A stretch of DNA of 61,757 bases, counting the filler, from Choristocarpus tenellus KU-1152 (Eukaryota > Protista > Phaeophyceae): assembly GCA_964200185.2 (NCBI GenBank). It is 12 parts of 12 records of this genome, joined end to end, with 100 filler letters (N's around TTAATTAATTAA, not from the genome) between each part and the next. Parts side by side here need not be neighbours in the genome. Positions count along the whole stretch, not along the records: positions 53,182 to 56,122 come from CAXNAD020023492.1; positions 56,223 to 61,757 come from CAXNAD020010493.1; 10 more parts are not named here. One strand, written 5' to 3'. The stretch's first letter is position 1; each line of letters starts with the position of its first letter. Position numbers and translations under genes: made by a program. This document shows, piece after piece, positions 53,739-61,757 of this stretch. The notes beneath the pieces are model-generated. The model saw nothing but the letters and a program-made list of their open reading frames with translations, searched no databases and was not told the DNA's origin.

Positions 53739-54378
53739 GAATATATTTATTTATTGATTTGTTTCTACTCGGTGCTATTTTGAAAATTTGGAAGAAAAGT
53801 GTTTTTTTCAGTTATTATTATTATTTTTATGAAATCAGCCTGGGGGTATCCAAGTCCCGTGTTTGAAAAGGCAGTAGTACGGAAGACAATACACACTTGT
53901 ATGAGAAGAGGCAACAAAGACCATATTAAAAAAAAATAATAAAGAAAGAAAGAAAGAAAAAATAAGGTTATTTTGCAGCGGAAGAATATATTTTTAAAGC
54001 GAAGAAAAGAAATATATAAAAAGAAAAGGAATAACGGATAATAATAATAATAATAAAAAATGAACCCATAGGATAAAAAGAAACACTGCCATCGCCTCAA
54101 AAAAAAAAATCAATGGGAAGAGGAGAGTAGAATAGAAAACATATAGAACCGAATATAGAATAGAACAGAATAGAATAGATGGACAAAAAAAAATGTACAA
54201 GAGAAAACGACATTCAGCAGACAGTGGTCTTCTTGCTGGCTCAGACAACCTTAGCTCCTGCCGCTTTGGTGTCATGTACATTATTGTTATTATTATTATT
54301 GTACATTATTAGGTATCACAGCTTACTTCCTCGGGATGCCGTTCAGTTATAAAACCTTGTTGAGCTGTTTAGTCGCAT

Positions 54379-54666
54379 ACTTATACCACTCACATTGGTT
54401 ACTTATACCACTCACATTGGTCACTTATACCACTCACATTAGTTACTTATATCACTCACATTGGTTACTTACACCACTCACATTAGTTACTTATACCACT
54501 CACATTAGTTACTTATATCACTCACATTGGTTACTTACACCACTCACATTGGTCACTTATACCACTCACATTAGTTACTTATATCACTCACATTGGTTAC
54601 TTACACCACTCACATTAGTTACTTATACCACTCACATTGGTTACTTATACCACTCACATTAGTTAC
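54379..54666. repeat. 22-bp minisatellite (ACTTATACCACTCACATT(G/A)GTT) x ~13 with 66-bp higher-order periodicity
   Basis: Directly visible; the translated ORF repeats every 22 aa. Confidence 0.95.
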
Positions 54667-55891
54667 AGGCCCTGGGTGCTCTAGCCCTCGACCCCAATCC
54701 CAAACTTTGAAGGTTGTCTTGGAGGCGTGTCTGTTGGTTTTCCTTCTCATGTCCGTCCACCTCTTCCTTCTTTTTTTGTTTGTTTAATTAACAAAAAAAA
54801 AGTACTACTCTTGTGTAAAGAAAAAAAAAAGTGAAACAACAGTATCCGTAAAAGCTCTTCTGAGTGTTGAATCAGAAACTAGTATTGTGTTTGTAATTTA
54901 AAAAAAAATGTATATATATATATATGAGCCCGATTGACCTTGTAACGAAAAAGAAGCAAACACGCCTCCGAAATTTATTTATTTGTGTTGCATTTATCGG
55001 TAGATGTCACATGTCACTGCACGAATGAGTACAGTATTGAAAGAGCCGGTTATTTCAGTTGTGTAGATTCTTGGCGGCGGAACATATTATTATTATTATT
55101 ACTATTATTTTTATCACTGGAAATATTTTTTATTAGTTGTTCTTTTTCTTTTTTTTAAATTACGGTTGAAACTGTTCCAATAGTGTACGCAAGAGATATG
55201 TTGCAGTATTTTCTTTCCCCTTTGGGATCCCCTCTCACTGCATGCTCCCTCTGTCCCATGTGTCCGTTAATAATAATTGTTCCTTAATGCATGTACCTCT
55301 TCGGATGACCTCCGATTTAAAGAAAAAAAATGGATTTTTTGTGCTGAATTCCTTGGAATTTCTTTTTTTTATGTGAGATGAGTTATATTTGAAATATTTA
55401 TATGTATATCCCGAAATTGTTCTGAAAATATGGAACAGAAAGGACGGGCATGAGACGTGTGTCATACTCATATATATTTGCATGTGTGTGTGTGTGTGTG
55501 TGCACGTGTTTCTTTTTTTTCTGGTGAGCTTTTGTAACTGCCAGTCAAAAATAACTTCTTTTTTTCTTGATGAAAGAGACTCGGCTCTTTGTAGGGCATG
55601 TACGCAACACTTTATTTTTATTTATATGTGCAGTTCTTGAGATTCTTAGTACATCAAGTACAGTTCAAAAGCTATGGGTTGTGCCCATCCCCTGGAGTGT
55701 GATATTTTTTCAATGATTTGTGGTGAGCGGAATCGACAGGTGGGGGTAGCGAGTCAAACGCTTTGACGCTGCTGTTTCTATCCGAGGAAATGGTTCCAAT
55801 CAAATGGATAGAAGAATGTGTAATGTTTGTTTACTTTCTCCAACGGACTTCTCTGATGGATTCAAACACATCAACCAACATTTATGCTCAA

Positions 55892-55969
55892 ACATACATA
55901 CATACATACATACATACATACATACATACATACATACATACATACATACATACATACATACATACATAC
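55892..55969. repeat. (ACAT)n microsatellite
   Basis: About 19 perfect units. Confidence 0.97.
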
Positions 55970-56063
55970 GCACACCGCCTTCCAACCTCTTCCGATGTCC
56001 ACAGATTCTTTAACGCAACGATTTAATGGTTGGTTAGCACACAATCCTTTGCCCAACCCCCCC

Positions 56064-56106
<43 letters not shown>

Positions 56107-56239
56107 CATCCACCAGACACAGNNNNNNNNNNNNNNNNNNNNNNNNNNNNNNNNNNNNNNNNNNNNTTAATTAATTAANNNNNNNNNNNNNNNNNNNNNN
56201 NNNNNNNNNNNNNNNNNNNNNNACTCCGACCGGTAGCTA

Positions 56240-58130
56240 CGTATCTTCTGTTCCACTATCTAAATGTACAACTCGTGGAATGCAAAGTGCATGAACATGA
56301 GAGTCGGACACCAAGGAATGATACACTGATGCAGAAATCTGCACAACCTGCAACTCTACCCTTACTTCTACAGAAAACCGGAACGACCGAAGCCCTATTT
56401 CAATTGCTGGGCAGACTCGAAATTGCATTCGTTCCCCTTCTCCCACCACTCTTCAAGCTTAGGATATACCTCGACAAGAAGGTGCCATAGATTTAGGCAT
56501 GTGGAGTACCTGTCGTTCCAAGGCTCGGGCTTCACGAGGCTCAATAAGATAGCCTTCTTCGCCTGGAGCGCTTCCACATGCTCGGGACACAACGTATTGC
56601 CTGGTTCCCTCCACGATCGCTGAGTTTAACCTGTGTGGGCTCGTGGACGTAGCATTCATCCCCGAAAATAAGAGAAGCGGCCCCTTTACCGGCCTTGATG
56701 AGCCTGAACCCGTGATCGAAAATGACTTGGGTGAGGATTTGCGTCTGCACTCGATACTGTGCAGAAGCAGGTTTCGTTGCCGATCATAGGAGCTCGGTAA
56801 CGCATGCCTCCATGAAGGCTTCGGTGATCCCCACGTCAGATGCATCTCCGGAGTTGGCCGCGTCCTGTGTGACGCAATCCAGTACTGTCTAGGTGACATA
56901 GACTTCCGAAGTACTGATGCCGTGTCACAGACGGCTGTGAAAAGGAGGGTAGCTGCAAAGATAATGGCATTCCTCAAAGAAGCTTGGGAGGACACACATA
57001 TGGAAGCCGGCGTGGATAGACTCACCGACCAAACCTCCGTCCAATTCTCCAATGCGATCGCCACCCTTGTCTACATATGCGCGGGAGAAGGTGAGATTCT
57101 CACGACTCCTTCAAAAGGAAACGATTCGTGAACGATTGTGAAGCATCGCGTACCTTTCTTCACATATATCCATATTAATTCCGCGTCGGTGGTCCAACAT
57201 ACACCCCATCCCTCTATTCCCCTCACTATGTTCCACCAGAGACAAAAGAACTGGAGGAGATCCTTCTCGGTGTGTGGAGAGAGCACAAGAAGCATGACGG
57301 GTCGAGTGTAAGCGCGATACATCCGTATCTACATTAGTACATCCAATACCCCATCACTAATGGTCCAACAACACCGTAGTAACCCCTGCCTTCCAATACT
57401 GAGCTTGAATTGACGTTTCATATATTGGTAATGTCATCGACCTTATGACATACGCCGTTAACCCACAAACCAACTCCCACTCCCACGTTCTTCTGTCCTG
57501 ATCATATTAACTTATTCTCCACATACCCAACGCGCACCTGACCAGGACAAATTCGACTTCAGAGCAGTTCACATGTTCACTGTGCTGTGGTATGCTAATC
57601 CGGACGCTGCCATCGAATCCCTCAAGAACAGCGGGGGATTCACGCACACCTGGTTGCACTTGGTGACCAGTGTCGCTATACGCGCGCGACAATCAGGGTC
57701 CTCTTCCGTTTCCCGGATGTAGGGGTGGGACCTGTCGCAACTGAAGTCGTGCCTATACTCCAGGATAGCGACAACCCAAGAAACCATCCAATGGAATATG
57801 TCTAGGATGTTTGGCACGTGCGATCGGCTGGCTGCAACGCTCTCTCCTGTGGAGATTGATTCAGTCTCTTCTCCCGGTTGCAATGTGGATATATCTTCCA
57901 CATGAAGCTCTTGTGGTTAGCCATCTGGAGGTTTGCTCCTACTTCCGAGGCCCATCGCGTTGTCACATGGGCCGCGAGGTTGATACCCCAAGGGACGTTG
58001 TCCTCCTTGGCGACGCACTCGATCGCCCTCAACAGCGTAATCGGACTATGTGATTAATGATGACGGGATCTGCACAGAGTGCAGGGTTCGCGTCCATGCG
58101 TGGGTTATGCAAAGGTGATATGAAAAGGGC
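56240..58130 (-). mobile_element. Degenerate hAT-like transposase
   Basis: CxxH (LCITHAW) followed by HVTTRWAS (the hAT RW motif), then a long decayed frame with TGA/TAG stops. Confidence 0.5.
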
Positions 58131-58302
58131 GTAGTGATGCCCGTGGACACGAGGATGACGTAAACGCTTTCCTCGAAGGCCGATATTTACTAAGAATTTG
58201 GAACTGTTATCCCGGTCGATATGGGAGAAATATGAATATGAATACGCACCAATATCGGACGCACTCTAGAAGGATTTACGCGCCGACCAAGGTAACATAT
58301 AG

Positions 58303-58670
58303 CGAGGGCAATCATGCACAGGTTTGTACTTGACATAGGGCAGGAAATAATGAATGCATTTCATGTCTTCTGTCGAAGGGTAGATGCCATCAATATCCAA
58401 AGCGCGGCAAGACTGTTGGGGTGTGTGTGTGTCGATTTGAAATAGTAATCCTGAGGAGGAAAATATTACGTCGAATCTCAAAAGTGAAAGATGAAGATGA
58501 AAGATTTTAGACGCTGACCCGGGCTGGATGTCGGGAGGGCAATCATTCGCAGGTTTGTGCTTGATAGTAATGAATGAATTTGATGTGTTCTGTGGAACGC
58601 TAAAGGCCATCAAATTCCAAAGCGCGGCAATACGGTTTGGGGGTGTGTATGTACATTTCCGATTTGAATC
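58303..58670. repeat. Diverged ~230-bp tandem duplication
   Basis: GAGGGCAATCAT..CAGGTTTGT.CTTGA and TCCAAAGCGCGGCAA each occur twice about 220-230 bp apart. Confidence 0.7.
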
Positions 58671-59021
58671 TTATCGGAAATATTCCAATGGTATCGGAGC
58701 CCTTACACACGCGTATCGAAGGTGTTACCACGTCATCCTGGACCGACGGATGTTGTGGTGCGTGAAATTGCATCGTGGAATCTTGCTTCTATTTCGGATC
58801 AGTTGTCTGATTACTCCCAACAAGAGTGACAGCAACATATGTTCCAATATCCGAAAAAGGTTCGGTCGAATTCGCTGTAGTCATTTTGTATTAGTGTTGC
58901 TGAATTTATTCTACGATGGCAATTTTGATCCGAGGTGAAATCTGAAAATGATGCATTTGGCTTAGTGTTGAAAATGTAGGTGACTTATTTTTGTCAGGGC
59001 TAGGGCTAGTGTCATGGGTGC

Positions 59022-59272
59022 TGGTCGAAATATCTTAATGGTAGGGCCACGTTCATTTTGCGACCGAATGAAAATGTTGCTTTCTTCCTGTCATTGTTGC
59101 CCTCATTATTGTTTGGATATGTACATGTCCTTTTTCCGAACACTCCTTTCCATAGTGTATATATTGTAAATCTCCAAAACATTTTGGAGTCAGTACGAAG
59201 TCCTTGAAAACCAGTGGTTAGCCAAGCCCCAAAGGACAGACAGGGAAAATGCAGTGCCCTCTAACATAGAGT
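59022..59272 (+). mobile_element. Old, diverged MITE family B copy
   Basis: GTCGAAATATCTTAATGGTAGGGCCACGTTCATT ... CTCCAAAACATTTTGGAG ... AGCCAAGCCCCAAAGGACA ... CCCTCTAACATA, colinear with the family B consensus. Confidence 0.65.
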
Positions 59273-59274
59273 AT

Positions 59275-61460
59275 CGAATAAAAAAATTGCTCGTATCACA
59301 ACCATTTACAGATGGCTTAGTCACTGTTGTAAAGGCAAATAAATGCAGGGCATCGAATCTGAAATGCTTGTATCACCACCATTGGCAGTAGAGTAGACTG
59401 TTGTAAGGATTACGAAGAAAGGGTACTGAATTTGAAAATGCTGGTGCTACCAGGATTGACAGATGTTGTGTACACGATTGGACATGCAAATAAATAAAGG
59501 GCATCGAACCTGAAAATGCTGGTATCACCATCATTGAAAAATGGTGTATACACAGTTGGAAACGTAAATAATTACAGGGCATCGAATCGAAAAATGCTGG
59601 AATCACCACCATTAACAGGTGGTGTGTAGACGGCTGTATGCATGCCACTATGCAGAGATTTATTAGTAGGGTATATACTTTTGCCAGCTTTATCAGGTAA
59701 ATGCAAACTATTAATATAGTCATCTATACTCATTTCAGCTCTAGCAAATACTTCCTGAAATTTTAGTTTAGACTGTAGTAATACATGATGGTCTTGCATG
59801 TGATGGATACCACTAACTACACCTCTGTCAGTTTTGATTAGTATACCGAAATCTTTCTGTATTGCTTTTGGCAAATCCTGGATAGGAGATTTCTTACTGA
59901 TAGCTTCACCTATTATATCAATTTCGCTATCAAAATAATCCGCACCTTTTCTGTGTAACTTTCTTACGTCTATAAAATGATCCGTTTCATGAAATATTGA
60001 TGCTTTTGGTAATATTCCATCAAACTGAGATATTTCATAAGGTAATTTACCATAGCGAGCATCAAGATAAACACCTTGGCAAGGATTACGAAGACAGGGT
60101 ACTGAATTTGAAAATGCTGGTGCTACCAGCATTGACAGGTGTTGTGTAGACAGTTGTCCAAGGAAACGCAAATAATTACGGGGCATCGTATCTAAAAATA
60201 CTGGAATCACCACCATTGACAAATGGTTGTGTACACCGTTGGAAATGCAAAAAAATACAGGGCATCGTATCTAAAAATGCAGGTATTGCCACCATTGATA
60301 GATGGTGTGTATACGGTTGGAAACGTAAATAATTTCGGGGCAACGAATCTAAAAATGCTAGTATCACCACCATTGACAGGTGGTGTGTACGCGGTTGGAA
60401 AAACTACTAATTACGGGGCATCAAATCTAAAAATGCAGGTTGTACCATGATTGACAGGTGGTGTGTACACGGTTGGAAACGCAAATAAATACAGGGCATC
60501 GAATCTAACAATGCAGGTATTACCACCATTGACTGGTGGTGTGTACACGGTTGGAAACGGGAAATAATACATGGCATCGAATTTTAAAATGCTGGTATCA
60601 CCACCATTGACAGGTGGTGTGTATACTGTTGGAAATGTAAGGAATTACAGGGCATCGAACCTAAAAATGCTGGTACTACAACCATTGACAGATGTGTATA
60701 AAAAATTGGAGACGTAAATAATTACGGGGCATCGAATGTAAAAATGCAGGTATCACCACCATTGACAGGTGGTACATACACGGCTGGACACACATATAAT
60801 TACAGGGCATTGAATCTAAAAATGTAGGTGTTACCAGGATTGACAAGTGGTGTGTATGCGGTTGGAAACGCAAATAATACGGGGCATCGAATCTAAAAAT
60901 GCTGGAATCACCACCATTAATAGGTGGTGTGTAAACGGTTGGAAACGCAAGTAAAGACGGGCCATCGAATCTAAAAATGCTGGTAACAACACCATTGACA
61001 GGTGGTGTGTACACGGCTGGAAACGCAAATTATCACGGGGCATCGAATCCAAAAATACTGGTATCACCACCATGGACAGGTGGTACGTACACGGCTGGAA
61101 ATACGAATAATTATGGAGCATCGAATCTATAAATTAAGGTGTTACCAGGATTGACAAGTGGTGTGTATGCGGTTGGAAACGCAAATAATACGGGGCATCG
61201 AATCGAAAAATGCTGGAATCACCGCCATTAACAGGTGGTATGTACATGGTTGGAAACGCAAGTAAAGACGGGGCATCAAATCTAAAAATGCTGGGAACAA
61301 CACCATTAACAGGTGGTGTGTACACGGCTGGAAACGCAAATTATCACGGGGCATCGAACCCAAAAATGCTGGTATCACCACCATGGACAGGTGGTACGTA
61401 CACGGCTGGAAAAGTAAATAATCACGGGGCATCGAATCTAATAATGCTGGTATCACTGTT
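59275..61460. repeat. 78-bp tandem satellite (~5 diverged units at 59275-59636, ~17-18 units at 60081-61460) with an internal hairpin and a 311-bp higher-order duplication
   Basis: Consensus GGGGCATCGAATCTAAAAATGCTGGTATCACCACCATTGACAGGTGGTGTGTACACGGTTGGAAACGCAAATAATTAC; ORFs starting 60831 and 61142 are offset by 311. Confidence 0.95.
59637..60080 (-). CDS. Fragment of a bacterial-type polymorphic toxin: HExxH motif plus AHH (HNH/EndoVII) nuclease domain, inserted in the satellite
   Basis: Stop-free 148 codons: IFHETDHFID ... QDHHVL...VFARAEMSIDDYINSLHLP....IYPTNKSLHSGMH, matching the AHH pattern xHH...IDxxxNxxxLP...HxGxH; AT-rich relative to its flanks. Confidence 0.6.
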
Positions 61461-61757
61461 AAAACATTGGCTACTCATTTGTTTCTTGTTGATATGATAC
61501 ACATACTACCAGCTTGTACTGACTGTTGATTGGTGCACTGCACTGATTGTTAGTGTTCATTTATTTATTGCGCATTCCAACTCATCATCATCACATCGAT
61601 GACAGTAGATTGAAGCATAGCATCAGTTGATATTCAGTTGATCCACATCACACAAAGGAACATCATAGCACACGTCATCCAAGTTACTTCGGAACTTGCA
61701 TCAAGTGCGTTCCACTGTTACCTTGTGTTCCTCTTTCTATTTTGTTGTTGTTGCCAT

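Larger units (their letters stand above)
11341..56222. other. Eleven artificial contig linkers (N44-TTAATTAATTAA-N44) at 11341-11440, 16075-16174, 23716-23815, 27899-27998, 31878-31977, 36458-36557, 39382-39481, 44791-44890, 47831-47930, 53082-53181, 56123-56222
   Basis: Identical 100-nt spacers, each with a six-frame stop core; typical of concatenated unplaced contigs. Confidence 0.97.

Noticed and set aside
54336-54662. Repetitive protein ORFs (YLYHSHWLL..., HTYIHTY..., and the satellite ORFs at 60176-61497)
   Set aside because: They are translations of minisatellite, microsatellite or satellite DNA, are open in several frames, and are broken by unit-length indels.
59275-61460. CRISPR array
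   Set aside because: Units are contiguous 78-bp monomers without unique spacers; there is only one 444-bp insert; no cas genes; eukaryotic context.

Overview
This is not one contiguous locus. It is 12 short contigs joined by 11 artificial 100-nt linkers (N44-TTAATTAATTAA-N44), so adjacency across linkers means nothing. The DNA is a repeat-rich, intron-containing eukaryotic nuclear genome. A spliced LdpA gene with a signal peptide plus an ASAFAP-like motif (AAFAP) points to a photosynthetic stramenopile, probably a brown alga or close relative. Host genes: LdpA (4 exons, cut by a contig end), a GST-family gene (3 exons identified), the last exon of a cellulose-synthase-like GT2, and a 3-exon dynamin/Mx-like pseudogene. 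Mobile DNA dominates. There are two related MITE families (shared CAAAGTATCT terminus, 4-bp TSDs, Sola-like), Copia and Gypsy remnants, a solo LTR, two hAT relics, a mariner relic and fragments of an RLE-type non-LTR retrotransposon that appears to favour TA/TAA-rich sites. The most unusual feature is in the last contig: a 78-bp hairpin-containing tandem array interrupted by a 444-bp AT-rich, stop-free insert that encodes a bacterial polymorphic-toxin-like AHH (HNH/EndoVII) nuclease fragment, next to a diverged host MITE. All calls come from reading motifs by eye; no database searches were run.
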